Notes: generated from the sequence alone by a model not told the origin. A DNA stretch of 64,000 bases from the human T2T-CHM13v2.0 reference genome, Homo sapiens (GCA_009914755.4 CP086569.2:11456001-11520000); one strand, 5' to 3'; shown: positions 42,838-59,300, numbered from the stretch's first letter. Made by a program: numbers and translations.

Positions 42838-43145
42838 AGGCCAAGCATGGTGGCTTATGCCTGTAATGCCAATACTTAGGGAGGATCATTTGAGGTCAGG
42901 AGTTCAAGACCAGCCTGGGCAACCTGGCAAAACCCCACCTGTATTAAAAAAATACACAAATTAGCTGGCGTGGTGGTGAATGCCTTTATTCCTAGCTACT
43001 CAGGAGGCTAAGGCAGGAGAATAGCTTGAACCCCGGAGGCTGAGGTTGCAGTGAGCCAAGATAGAGCCACTGCATTCCAGCCTGGGTGACAGAGTGAGAT
43101 CCTGTCTTAAAAAAAAAAGAAAAAAAGAAAAGAAAAAGAAAGAAA
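42838..43145 (+). mobile_element. Alu SINE, direct orientation, with an A-rich tail.
   Basis: 'ggccaagcatggtggcttatgcctgtaatgccaatacttagggaggatcatttgaggtcaggagttcaagaccagcctgggcaacctggcaaaaccccacctg...'. Confidence 0.9.
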
Positions 43146-43203
43146 ACCAGAATCATACAATGAGAGAGATTGAATAGCCCTTTTAATTGTCCATAATGGA
43201 TAC

Positions 43204-43277
43204 ATTTCTTTTTCTGTGTAATAGTTTATCAGCATGAAAATTTTCTTTTTCTGTGTAATAGTTTATCAGCATGAAAA
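43204..43277 (+). repeat. Perfect tandem duplication of a ~36-bp unit, 'tttctttttctgtgtaatagtttatcagcatgaaaa' x2.
   Basis: Read directly at 43204-43240 and 43241-43277. Confidence 0.9.
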
Positions 43278-43301
43278 AAAAGAGTCACTGAACACTGATA
43301 A

Positions 43302-43695
<394 letters not shown>

Positions 43696-46600
43696 TGAAG
43701 CATACTCCTAACACTGGAAAATTTCTTCAGCAGCCAGAATTAATCTGATTTTGAGACTGGAGCAAAGACTAATTTGGTATGTGTTCATTCATATTAGTAA
43801 ATCTCCATGGTGTTCGAACTGTATAATACCAAATCTAAAATAAGTCAAAAGAGTTGAACAATATCTCATCTCTGAGAAAAAATGCATTATTTTCAACAGA
43901 TTTAAGACTGAATTTAAAATCCAACTGCCTATTCTAGTGTATGTTTCTCTAGAATAAGGCCAAGCCCTACAAATTCTGGATAGTGTCCTCCAAGTTGTGT
44001 TTCAGTGATAATTGATAAATCTATGGTTTAGATACATATGGAATTCCATATAACTCTAGCTCCAGCCTTTGTGAGTAAAAATTGGCAGTGATCATGGCCT
44101 TAATGGGGGCATGTCGTTAATTGGAATTTTCGGTACCAAAAGTCGTCTTCTTAGTAGTTTACCAGAGTACCCTATAATAATATCCATAACTCATTGCTCA
44201 CTTGTCTGTTTTGATTTCTTTTTTAAAAAGACAATTTTAAACTTAGAGGATTTGTACCTCAAGTCACATATGTGGCACATTTATAAAATAATCATGACTT
44301 TGCATATTTTTCCTTTGATATCTTAGCTATATATCCAAGCCATTTATGTTTTTTAATTGCCACAAATATTGCACTGAAATAGAGCTCTAGTTGCAAAAAT
44401 GCCTGGTATAACATTTCTTCTTGTTCTTGAAAGTTATTTTAATACCCCATGTTTAAGATATTCCTAGACAACTATATGTAACTATAATTATTTCTGCTAG
44501 GTAGAAACATCTTTGTGGTCAACATTTGTGAAGTTCCTTGTAAATAAAAATATGCTTGAGTAGAAATAGTATTTTGCAAATATTTCCCTAAATAGAGCTA
44601 CTGATTTTACAAAGAATTAAAGACTCCAACCTCTGTCTTTGTCTTTCAAATTAGGTTTATAGGAACATCTCATTACAATGAGCCAAAAGCCTATCTGATC
44701 ATTAATGAGATAATTTTGACACTTCCAAATGACACAGCTAATTTGTAGTAGGTTTTTGAAGTGCAAATTACATGTTTCTGTTTAAATAATGACAGTAAAA
44801 TATGGACACTATCTAGTCACACTCTATATACACAACTACAACATGTCTCTAGAAGAAAAGTTTGATTTTTAAGGTCTCATCCACAAAATGAAGTGTTAAT
44901 AAGCTGTATCTTTATTCTCACTTTTAAGTAATTTCTTCTTAACCATCGTATAACACTACCAAAGTTTGTACGGAGATAAAATAAATCATGGTGAGAAATC
45001 CAGTTCTTTAAAAAATCATTTTACCTTCAATCACTTTTAGGATATATATGGTTTTAGAGTAAGGACAAAAATTTATAAACATTGTTAAATTATGCAACTG
45101 TTTTTGAAGATGTTTCAAAATTACATTTTCCTTATTTTACAACTAGTTTTCTTGTATTCACAAATGAGACACATGAGAATTATTAATGCAAAAGCAAAGC
45201 ATATCAACAAAGTTTATAATGTAAATAGTTTAGTTCGGAAAGAATGTAATGAGTGAATTATCAAAGGTATTTTATTGGTTCCTAGATTTACCATAGAAGA
45301 AAATAAAGCAGCCTTATAAAAATTTCTCAGCACTGAGTCCATTTAAGGTCTATTTTGTATGCTGTAAGTTCTACAAAATGTTATTGCCGGTAAAAATAGG
45401 GTGCCTATCTAAAATTGTCTTTTTAAAGGTTCTCTCTTATTCTTCTTCCCTTCCTATGTGTGCACAGAATACTGTCATCGTCTTGATTGGAACACTGTGT
45501 CTCTTTCTCAGAGGGTATACGTTTGTAGAAGGGAGAAAATATTTGTTAATTTTCTTCCTATAAGATAAGGTCTCAATGGTTGAAGGTCAGTTAACAAACA
45601 TTTTTTTGTCTTCATACTATTATCTTGGAATTACCAACTGGCTTCTATTTAGATTTTGAATAATGAAAGAAAAGAACTAGCATTTGTTAGAACTTACTGT
45701 GTTCCAGAAACTTTATTGATACCATTTCTTCTCATTATCACATTCGTTCTTTCAATTAGTATTATTTTTTTTCATCTTAATAAGGTGGGACCAGAGGTTT
45801 TGTAATATCTACTAACCCACTGTGGATTTCATGGCTTGCAAGAGGAAGAAAGCATGGTGGAACTCAGGTTTCTCTGATTCCAAATTCACGTCCTTTCATG
45901 TCTCCATGAAAAATAGAAAAGATAAGTTGGGCTCTATTCTAACAAGAGAAACACAATTTTCCGTCAGTTAAATGAATAATTCTTAAACCACAAAAATAAA
46001 ACGTAGCAAAACCTCAATTCAAGAGTAGACATAAAGCTTGTGGCATGGGTAGAAGGGAATTATGTCTAGTGACATAGATTTGCTATGCTTATCTGACGAA
46101 AAATCTCCCTCATGATTTTCAAATCAGATGCATAACTGCATTTAATGAGTGTCACGAATCATTAATATCAGTCTCTGAAAACAGGATCATTAAAAATGAT
46201 TAAGATTTTCAACAACAAAGATTTTATCTAAATATTAAGGAAATTATATTAAATGGCTCCATTCCCTGAGCAGTCTAGTTAATAATTCAACTTGTTCAAA
46301 GCTATAAAATATGGCAACTTAAAAAATTATGAAAGTTTTTCTAACATTTTGCTTAAGGTAGTTGGCCATTCTTCCTCTTGGGAATAAGAAGGGCAGATTT
46401 TCTGTCGAAGCATTTTGCTATTGTTATTTCAATTTCCATTTATGGAAAATAGATAAAATAGCAATTTTTTAGTTATAAATTTAAAGTCTAAATGGAGATA
46501 ATTAAGTATCTCCATTAATTAAGTAAAGATTAATTTTTCAAAAAATAACATTTACTAAATTCTAATCAATCGATTGACTATTTTTATCCCTGGCTCAATG

Positions 46601-46789
46601 TAACTCTCTTTGACATACTCTTGTCTTAATTCTAGTTTATGTCAACAATGTGTAATCATAGATGACTCTTTGCCATTTTGATCTCTTAGTTCTATAAACA
46701 CCTTTGATCTAAGGATAATGTTTTCCAACAGAATTATTTCTACTCAAAATTCTGAGATGGAATTTGTGGATTTAGTCTCACCCCAATCA

Positions 46790-47640
46790 ATTTTTCAACT
46801 CTCAGGACACCAGATGGTGTCCTACAATTCAATTCAATCCTGAGACTATCTATCTGGAGATAGCATCAGATCCCACAAGTTCAGGGGTCAGGCCCACAAG
46901 ACTGCCCCCCCACCATTAGAGAGAAGTTGTGGGCCTCCCATACTCCTGACCAACTGGCTATAAATTAGGACTTCCATGGATTCCTTCCCCAGGTTCTATA
47001 ATTTGCTAAGATGGCGCACAGAACCCAAGAAAGCACTTTGCTTACAGTTACTGTCTGATACAAATCAGGAACTGTCAAATAGAAGAGACACATAGGGCCA
47101 GGTATGGTGAAAAGGGGCACAAAGCTGCCATATGACCTCTAAGTATATCATAGTATCACCTTCCCAGCACCTCAGAGGTGATGGAGGAGAGGGCTGACAG
47201 TTTCAACCATCTAGTTATGCCTTCATGTTTCTGGTGTCGAGCACCCACCCTGAAGCTATACAGGTCTCCAGCTACCACTCATGTCATGTCAATAGCATAA
47301 ACTCAGGTATGTCTAAGAGGGACTTATGACTAGTAAAGGATGGTCCTCTCATCTCTATCAGGAAATTTCAAGTTTTAGGAGCTCTGTACTGTGAACCGGG
47401 GAGGAAGACCAAATAGGACATACACTAGACCAGTTGTGCTAACTACTGTGTGCCTCAAAATTGCCTACAGTTGTGTTACAATAAGAGATTGCTGAGACCT
47501 GCTATTGGAATTTCAGATTTGGTAGATCTGGGGGTGTAACCTGAGAATATGCAGTTCTAGTAAGTTCCCAGGTGATGCTGTTGCTGCTAGCACAGGGACC
47601 ACACTTCCAGAGGGACTGAGTGAAGCATCGTCGTTACTTA
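46790..47640. repeat. Possible ancient LTR or MER-type interspersed repeat. It contains 'aagttcccaggtgatgctgttgctgctagcacagggaccacacttc', a motif I associate with old non-autonomous LTR or DNA elements.
   Basis: Pattern recognition only; family and boundaries are uncertain. Confidence 0.25.
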
Positions 47641-49189
47641 TAGTAGCAACTTCTCTGTAGTCACAATTTCATTCATCCCATTCTCTGAGCTCCTCCTTTA
47701 ATCATTCCCTTTCATACGCTGACATAAAATTTTTCAATCTCTCTGAGACCTCCAAAATATATTTTGTCATATTCATAATGACCCTTACCTACTGATGTAC
47801 TCTGTTTCCTGTTCTCCTGCCTAAATTCCATGGCCAACCATTCCCAGGAAACTTCAACTTCCTTCTTTCTCTTTCACTTTGCTGAACCTAACCAGGAAAA
47901 TAACCCTGGTTACATCCAAATTTCCACCAAATCCCCACATATATTTTAGCAACTAGCTATATGGATCAAATTGAAAAATATCCCACTTGAAACTGAGAAT
48001 CTGAGTGCCGCCTATCAATCAATCATACTACATATGTTCCAATCTATTCACTCTCTAATTTACCTAGTTTTGTATCTTATCCTGTCTCTAATCCCTAACA
48101 CTTCCCCATAAATCCTCAATGTCTTTTTGGTTGTGCTTCCCTGAGAACATTGAATCACCCAAAGACAATTTCCACAGACTCCTGAAACCATTTAAGTTCA
48201 CTTTCCCATGTCTACACCCACATACTCTCTATTTTCACCTATTATTATCTGTGAAATAACTGGCCCCTATCTTTATATTGTCTGATGATGATTTCTATAT
48301 TACAGGTGAAGAAAATGAGAATAGGGTTAGAGCTACTTTCTCATTATAGCATAGCTTAGAATCAAACCCACGCAGTCCACCACTGAAACTGGGGTTCCAA
48401 GTCAGTGTATTTGGAGAAGGAGAGCTAGTAGAAAAACAATGATGAAAAGATCCAGGATGAAGTTTCTGATGGAAGAAAAGGACATTTTTACTATTATGAA
48501 CTCCTTGAAGTAAACCCTAAGCATTCTCATCTAGACAAATATCCATTCATCCACTCCAGTGAGCTGATTAAGTTTTAGGATTTTAAGGGTCAGTGAACAA
48601 TTATTACTCTTTCAGCAATTAAAGAAAGATTAATATGAATATTATATTGGAGAAATTTCATTTAAAACATATTTGACTGATTTTTGGCAATTGTCTTCTA
48701 TCAGATCATTACCAATCCATATGAGTTGGTAGGAAGGGAGAAAACCCAAAACTTAACCAGATGCCTGAAGTTAGGGCATATTTTATAGCCAACCCAGGGG
48801 GGAAAAATGCTCAAAAGGGGAAAGATGAGGACAGAAAATACATTTCAAGGATTTTAACTTTTTGACAAAATGTCAATTATGTGCAAGAAAAACTGATTGT
48901 GTGAATATAACTTTGTCATTTACATCTGCCAATTTATTCAGAAATATATAATCTATAAGTTTTTTTAATAGTAGTTTGTTAACACAAAATTTATTCATCA
49001 AAGTATCTAAAACATTCTAAAAACACTAAAAATTTTCAATTTAAAGATTAAGCTAAACAGCTCTGTATATATAAGTAAGCTCAAACAAACGTGCATGCTC
49101 TCCAACAATAACACTGCTACAGATATTGACTGGTGGTTTTGGTTTCATTTCATTTTATAATGGCAAATCTGGTTAAGACCCAGATTCTG

Positions 49190-51300
<2,111 letters not shown>

Positions 51301-53099
51301 CACACACACACACAAAAAGAAAAAAAAAAAGGTTCTCAAAGAGGTCAATATGTATATAATCTATTCTTAAAAAAAATTTCTCCAATTGTTTATTGAAATA
51401 TCACACAGGCTCTGCCTTTTTTATACCCTTAAGAAGTAAGTATATTTATGTGTAGCTTTTATAAGTGAAAGCTCAGATTGTCTACTCTGTTCTGGTACCA
51501 CTTTAGTTTAATTATTGGAAAATATTTAATAAAAATGAATTACTCAACAAATGGAAAATTTGAACTTCGCATACTAAATTTTTACTTCATATTATCAACT
51601 CTTGAAAAATAAGTGTGTCTATTAGAAATGACACTCATTTGACTATACCATAATATATTTCAGACTTTTTATCTTCAGCTACAGAATTTCTCTGTCCTTT
51701 GAATTATGTTAGTGGGCATTATTTTGCCAGTATTGGTGATCCACCTCCACTAATTCGCAACTCTATTATCTTACCCCCAGGGATGCATTTCCATAGTTCT
51801 GCCTTGTTATGAGTGTCATTTTTTTTCTTCTGTTTTGTTGACTGCCATTCAAGTAGTTTTGGCTTTATGAGAGATTTTCACTTTATTGTTTATCACCTCC
51901 TCATTTTTTTAGCTTCTCATAATTTACTGTATTATATCTGCCTGGGCTTTTGGTTCCTTTACAGATTTGTTTCATTTTATTTTTAGCTTATGATACTTCT
52001 AAAGTCTGTACCCTTTTAATTTTCACTTGCTTCATCGTCACATTCTTTTGTTTTGTTTTTATTTCAAAATACCAGAAAGTAGGATGTCTCAGCATATTGG
52101 TGAGTGGAATAGTTTATTTATAATCCAAAAAAATCCCATACATTTTGAGAGCTATCTGCTTCTGAGTAAAAATTTTATATATAAATTCTTGAAAAAAACC
52201 TTAAACTTCTGAGGGATTGAATGAGATTTTAAAAATCATTTTATACAACAACAGGTGCAAAATTTGTATTCCTCTACTCAAGAGAAATAATGAACATTTG
52301 TTATTAGTTTACTAACATCTAAAAGTTAATGTATTCAATTATACATTAATAAAACACAGTTAGGCTTAAGAGGTGGAAAAGTGTAAAACAAACAAGTGTA
52401 TAATTTACCTTTATTCATATGAAACATCTTTTTGTCTCCTGAAAATAAAGATTAACCAGTGGTGTGCTGAGGCGGGAGGGGGTGTGTTGGAGGGAGAAAA
52501 GCCATGATTTGCCAATTTCAGCACAAAACTGAAAATGGTTATTAATCTTTACTAGCTCCAGATATCTTTTAACATATATTGAAATATATGACCCTTAAAA
52601 AGAAAACATATATATAGATTTTGACAAAACTTTGCAGTTCCACTCATGGATCCCTGTGTAAGAATCACTTTTCTATGTGTGTTTGCAATTTAAAGAGTTC
52701 AGACTTTATGATTCACAGGTAACAACTAATGATTTAATCTCAACACTTAGGCTTTTATAATATGGGAGTCAGGTGTTTAACTGCTGTAGTAGTAACTACT
52801 TCTTCTCAGAGAAACTTAGTAGCTAAGACCAGGGAAATGTCTCTTGGTGTGCAACACACCTCTTCTTTCTGAACCTAGAGTATAAGAAGCTAACTTTGTC
52901 TCAAAGTTTATATGACTTTTGCATGTGCAGTTACTAGCTATTTTCTTTTGGAACTGTAGGACTTGGAGACCTTTCCCTCTACCCTCTGAGGGTATGATAA
53001 CAGAGTCTATTGAATAAATGGATAACAAGCATGTCAAAAGAAGAAAATGTGTACACATTTATTACACTCATGGGGGAATCATGGAAAGAAAAGTGGAAT

Positions 53100-53135
53100 C
53101 AAAAACAAAACAAAACAAAACAAACAAAACACCAC
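53100..53135. repeat. (CAAAA)n / (AAAAC)n microsatellite.
   Basis: 'aaaaacaaaacaaaacaaaacaaacaaaac'. Confidence 0.8.
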
Positions 53136-53357
53136 CAAGAAAAAACCCCAGTGAGATTTAGGAGCTTATAAGGAAGGCAGGAGGAAGAATGTAGGAAACT
53201 TAGGGGAGAGCAAATGATTTTTGGGAAAGATGACCAGACCCCTAGGAGAATAGATGATAGTTTGTGGCAGTCTGTCTTGGTGTGGAATGGACTCTTAGTC
53301 TTGTCTCCTGTGATATGAGGAGTCAATTTTCCCTGGCTGATGAAACTCCTAGGAAGG

Positions 53358-53515
53358 AGATGAATGTCTTTGTGCTGACAAGACAGTATCTTGAAGCTTT
53401 GTTTTCCAATTCAGTTCTAAATCTGCAGTGTATAAAAATCTCCTCATCATGCTTTGGATGTTATGGTAGATAAATGGTATCTTTACAAAGATGCATTCAT
53501 TCTGGTATTGAAAGT
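53358..53515 (+). repeat. Copy 1 of a ~150-bp local low-copy duplication; copy 2 is at 54097-54258.
   Basis: 'gatgaatgtctttgtgctgacaagacagtatcttgaagctttgttttccaattcagttctaaatctgcagtgtataaaaatctcctcatcatgctttggatgttatggtagataaatggtatctttacaaagatgcattcattctggtattgaaagt' versus 'gatgaatttatttgctttgtgctgacaagacagtatgttgaagttttgttttccaagttagttctaaatctgcagagtatcaaaatctcctcattgtgctttggatgttatggtacataaatggtatcttcacaaagatatattcattctggtactgaaagt'. By eye the two are roughly 88-90% identical. Confidence 0.85.
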
Positions 53516-54096
53516 TCCTTTTGGAGGATCTCTCTTGAGGAACGTAAAGAGAGTGCAGAGAAAGCATGTCCCGCAGTTGTTATTTTTCAAATATTTTCAG
53601 TTCGATGTAATCAGTACACCAAAGCAATCCATTCAGGACTGACATTTCCTGAACACCTTCAGAACTCTTTTTATCCCATGTTATTTCTATGAGATCACGT
53701 GATTTAAGAATAACTTTTACTTGCCACTTACATATATATTGAAAAGGCAAACTTTCCTTTCATAATTTGCTAATTTTGGCAAAGTACTTTAACAAAAGTT
53801 AAATTAAGTGAGTAAGTGAAATTTTCTGTTCTATTGTTTTGAAAACAATTCTAGAAACAGTCCTTGTAAGAACAGCAAAAAGAAAAAGATAATTCTCAAC
53901 TGCAGCTTCAACCATTCTTTGCGTAACAATGTATCTAATTAAAAGGCAAAACTCTCTATTTCAGGTTTATATATATCAATTGCTTGATTAGAACGTAAAT
54001 TATTTACCCCACATAATCTGGTGTCAAAAAACTTATAATAAAATTACTTTGATTTTATTGCTTATAAGTTTGTGAATTTAAATCTCAACTGACAAT

Positions 54097-54258
54097 GATG
54101 AATTTATTTGCTTTGTGCTGACAAGACAGTATGTTGAAGTTTTGTTTTCCAAGTTAGTTCTAAATCTGCAGAGTATCAAAATCTCCTCATTGTGCTTTGG
54201 ATGTTATGGTACATAAATGGTATCTTCACAAAGATATATTCATTCTGGTACTGAAAGT
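54097..54258 (+). repeat. Copy 2 of the ~150-bp local duplication; copy 1 is at 53358-53515.
   Basis: See copy 1. Confidence 0.85.
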
Positions 54259-55639
54259 GCATACTTCAAATTCTTCATGAACAGTTTTATTGAAAAAATA
54301 TGTAGACAAGCCATTAATTATACACAGTGATCTGGAACAAATTCTTACAAGAAGCATAGCGTGTCTTCCATTAACTGTATACAATTTATAAAAAGTTACT
54401 GAAAGCCTTCCTGAGGTTAAACAATAAATCTTTTAAATTTAACCACTGTGCTCCCTCAAAGGTAATTTTTTCTTTATGACACTCACTTAGGGGATACAGT
54501 CAGATCTCAGCCTACTTTAAACAACTAGGCAGTATTTTTAGTGCACTTTTCTGTTTGTTAAAAAGCTAGTTGTCAAGAATAAGTTGCTCAATTATCTTCC
54601 TCAATTACTTTTTATTTTGTTTTATAATTATTATTCTATTTTGGTTTTCCTTTAGAATTGTGGACTACCTTGAATCAGAAATTGCAGAGAATATATCAAT
54701 ATGTAAGAATGCACTCTTCAATCAAACTAGATCTCGAAAGTGTTTTGTTGTAGTTTATACCTTGAATTCAAAGGCCATTCTATACAAGGCACTTGAATAA
54801 TTTTCAAGCTCTTATATTTCATAATAGTACAGAATTTATTGTTCTTGTATTTGCAAGGAGATAGACCAGATAAAATATCACTTTATTTTTTACAGTGTTG
54901 ACTTTGATATTCTAAACTTGTCAGTTTATACAGATCAATGAAGACTCTGTACATGTAAAATTCACTATAATTTTTTTCTGGTATGACAGTCCAAACAAAT
55001 AGTAACTACATACCCAAACAGGTAAAGTAAAAATATACAATAGCTTGACAAAAAAAAAAAAAAAGAAGAAAAAAGAAACCCCTATACATTCCTTAACATT
55101 CTAAAACTCTGAGGACCAAATTGAATTCAAAAGAAACATTTCTGGTGGGCACAGAAAGGGCTAAAAAGCTAAAGTATATAATAAGTAAATTCCTCATTGC
55201 TATAAAATATATGACCAGCATGACATTTCAATACATGTTCAAGTTTTCTGAAAAAAGTTCTAGGATAATAGGATTTCAACTTTTGATTCTACAGATATCA
55301 TTCTTGTGATTGGTATGGTAGGATCATCCTCTTCATGTATTAGTGGATTCAAATGAAAAAAAAATCAGGCAGCTAGTTCCTTTCCAAGAAGCCTTAGAGA
55401 TTGTTGTACATAAAAATGTGAGCCATATTTCTGATTCAAATTTTAATTAGAGAATTCTCTTTATTCCCTCTTCTGCATAAAATTATGCACTTGCACTCTG
55501 CTCTCCAGACAAGTAAAACTTCTTACCTGCTATAATTTGAGATAATCAAGACTCAGAACATATTACCTCCTAGCTGAAAGTCCCAACAAACTTCTCAGGA
55601 CAAAAACAACAAAAAGTTAAATACACAGAGATAGAGTAT

Positions 55640-55860
55640 AAAACAGTGGTTACCAGGGGCTGGGGGTGAGAAGAGAAAATGGAGATAGAGAATTCGAAGG
55701 ATGCAAAGTTGCAGATATGTAGAATTAATAAATTGAGGTATCTAATGTACAACATGAGGACTGTAAGTATTAATATTTATTGTATATGGCATTTAACTGA
55801 AAGGGTAGTTTGTAGGTACTCTTTCCTCACACACATATCCAAAAGAAAGGTAACTGAGAT
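55640..55860 (+). mobile_element. Old L1 3'-UTR fragment.
   Basis: 'aacagtggttaccaggggctgggggtgagaagagaaaatggagatagagaattcgaaggatgcaaagttgcagatatgtagaattaataaattgaggtatctaatgtacaacatgaggactgtaag' is typical of the older L1 3' UTR. Confidence 0.65.
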
Positions 55861-55861
55861 T

Positions 55862-56203
55862 TTCAAAGGGAATGCTTCCAGGTTTTGCCCATTCAGTATG
55901 ATATTGGCTGTGGGTTTGTCATAAATAGCTCTTAATATTTCGAGATACATCCCATCAATATCTAATTAATTGAGAGTTTTTAGCATGAAGGTTGTTGAAT
56001 TTTGTCAAAGGGCTTTGCTGCATCTATTGAGATAATCGTGGTTTTTGACGTTGGTTCTGTTTATATGATGGATTACATTTATTGATTTGCATATGTTGTA
56101 CCAGCCTTGCATCCCAGGGATGCAGCCCATTTGATCATGGTGGATAAGCTTTTTGATTTGCTGCTGGATTTGGTTTGCTAGTATTTTATTGGGGATTTTT
56201 GCA
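55862..56203 (-). mobile_element. L1PA ORF2 internal fragment (inverted), truncated exactly at the satellite boundary.
   Basis: Near-identical to 35440-35790 of the full-length L1 in this window: 'tcaaagggaatgcttccaggttttgcccattcagtatgatattggctgtgggtttgtcataaatagctcttaatatttcgagatacatcccatcaata...tgatcatggtggataagctttttgatttgctgctggatttggtttgctagtattttattggggatttttgca'. Confidence 0.9.
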
Positions 56204-56394
56204 CTCCACTCCACTCCATTCCATTCCATTCCATTCCATTCCATTCCATTCCATTCCATTCCATTCCATTCCATTCCATCTCATTTCATTCCACTCCCTT
56301 CCACTCTACTCCACTCCATTCCACTTTACTCCAGTCCACTACACTCCATTCCATTCCATTCCATTCCATTTCATTCCAATCCATTCTATTCCAT

Positions 56395-59300
56395 TCTTTT
56401 ATTTCGTCAGGAACTCACTCTGTCACCAGGCTGTAGTGAAGTGGCACAATCTCAGCCCACATTTCATGTCACCGTGCCATTCCATTCCATTCCATTCCAT
56501 TCCATTCCATTCCATTCCATTCCATTCCATTCCACTCCACACCACTCCATTCCACTCTACTCCACTCTACTGCATTCCTTTCCATTACATCCGATTCCAA
56601 TCCTCTTTATTCCACTCTACTCCACTACACTCAACTCCACTCCACCCCACTCAATTCCATTCCACTCTAATCCATTCCATTCCTTTCTTTCGATAGAATC
56701 TCACCTGTAACCCAGGATGGAGTGCAGTGGCACAATCTCAGCTCACATTTCATTTCACCATTCTATTACTTTCTATTCCATTCCATTCCATTCCATTCCA
56801 TTCCATTCCATTCCATTCTACTCCATTCCTCTCCACTCCACTGCACTCCATTCCATTCGATTCCAATCCACTCAACTCCACTCCGCTACATTCCATCCCA
56901 TCCCATTCCATTCCACTCAATTTCACTCCACTCCATTCCATTCCACTCCATCCCATCCCATTCCACTACATTGCATTCCACTCCACTCCACTCCACTCCA
57001 CTCCACTCCACTGAATTCTACTCCATTCCATTCCATATCATTCCATTCTATTCCTTTCTGTCGACAGGATCTCACTCTGTCACCCAGGATGGAGTGCAGT
57101 GTCATAATCTCAGCTATCATTTCATTTCACGATTACATTCCATTCCATGGCATTCCATTCCATTCCATCTTTTCCGATTACACTACATTCCACTCCATTC
57201 CTCTCCTCTCCGTTCCATTCCATTCCATTGCATTCCATTGTATTCCATTCCATTGCAATGCATTCAATTCCATTCCATCCCATTCCGTTCCACTCCTGCG
57301 AGCTCCACTCCACTCCACTCCACTGCATTCCATTCCATTCCATTCCATACCATAACATTCCATTCAACTCCACTCCACACCACTCCCCTGCATTCCATTC
57401 CCTTCCATTCCATTCCATTTCACTCCATTGCATTCCATTCCTTTCTTTTGACAGGATATCACTGTGTCACCGAGGCTGGAGTACAGTGGCACAATCTCAG
57501 CTCACATTACATGTCAACTTTCCATTGCATTGCATACTATTCCATTGCATTCCGTTCAATTCCATTCCATTTAATTCAATTCCATTCCATCCCACTCCGT
57601 TCTACTCCACTCCACTGCATTCCACTACATTCGATTCCATTCCACTCCATTCCACTCCTATTCACTCTACTGCGCTCCACTCCATTCCACTCCATCCACT
57701 CCATCCCATTCCATTCCGCTCAATTCCACTGCTCTCCACTCCACCCCACTCCACTCCACTTCATTCCATTCCATTCCATCCCATTCCGTTCCGCTCCTTT
57801 CTATTTCAATCCACTTCATTCCAGTCCACACCAATCCAGTCGACTCCATTCCATTCCATTCCATTGCATTCCATTCTACTCCACTCCACTCCACCGAATT
57901 CCACTCCACTCCACTCTACTCCATTCCACTCCACTCCATTCCACTCCACTGCATTCCATTCCACTCCACTCCACTCCATTCCAGTCCATTCCACTCCACT
58001 AAACTCCACTCCCCCCTATCCCATTCCACTCCTTTCTTTCTACAGTATCTCTCTCTGTCACGCAGGCTGTAGTGCAGTGGCACAATCTCAGCACCCATTC
58101 CGTTCCGTTCCGTTCCATTCCGTTCCATTCCAGTTCGTTCCACTTCACTCCACTCCAGTGTACTACATTCTATTACATCTGATTCCATTCCACTACATTG
58201 CACTTTTCTCCACTTCACTGAAATCCACTCCACTCTATTCCATTCCATTCCTTTCCACTCCTCTCCACTTTGCTCCACTCCACTTAATTGCATTCCATTC
58301 CATTCCATTCCATTCCATTCCATTCCATTCCATTCCATTCCATTCCATTCCTCTCCACTCCACTCCACTCCATTCCATTCCACTCCATTCCACTCCACTC
58401 CACTCCACTCCTCTCCACCCCATTCCACTCTACTCCACACCACTCCACTCCGTTCCACTCCACTCCACTGCATTCCATTCCATTCCACTCCATTCCATTC
58501 CACTACAGTCCATTCCAGTCCACTTCATTCCATTCCACTCCACTCCAGTCCACTCCACTCCATTCCACTCCACTCCACTCTGCTCCAACCCATTGCACGA
58601 CTATCTTTCGACAGGATCTACCTCTGTCACACAGGCTGTAGTGCAGTAGCACAATCTCAGCACCTGTTAAATTCCTTTTCATTCCATTCCACTGCATTCC
58701 ATTCCAATGAGTTCCACTGCACTTCACTCCACTGCACTCCACTCCATTCCACTCCACTCCACTCCATTCCGTTCCACTCTACTCCACTCCACTACATTTC
58801 ATTCCATCACATTCCGTTCCACTCCACTTTACTCTATTCCGTTACATTGAAATCCATTCCATTCCAATATTTTCTTTCGACAGGATCTCACTCGGTCACC
58901 CAGGCTGGAGTGCAGTGCCACAATGTCAGCTCACATTTCATTTCCCCATTCCCTTCCCTTCCATTGCATTCCCTTCCTTTCCCTTCCATTCCATTCCATT
59001 CCCTTCCATTCCATTCCACTCCACTCCACTCCATTCTTTTCCATTCCACTACACTCCATTCCATTCCAATATTTTCTTTCAACAGGATCTCACTCTGTCA
59101 CCCAAAATGGAGTGCAATTACAAAATCCCAGCTCACATTTCATGTCACCATTCCATTCCATTCCACTCCCCTAAATTCCATTCCACTCCACTCCACTCAA
59201 CTCCACTCCACGCCACTCCACTCCACTCCACGCCACTCCAGTCATTCCATTCTACTACATTCCATTCCATTCCTTTATTTCAAAATGGATCTCTCTCTGT

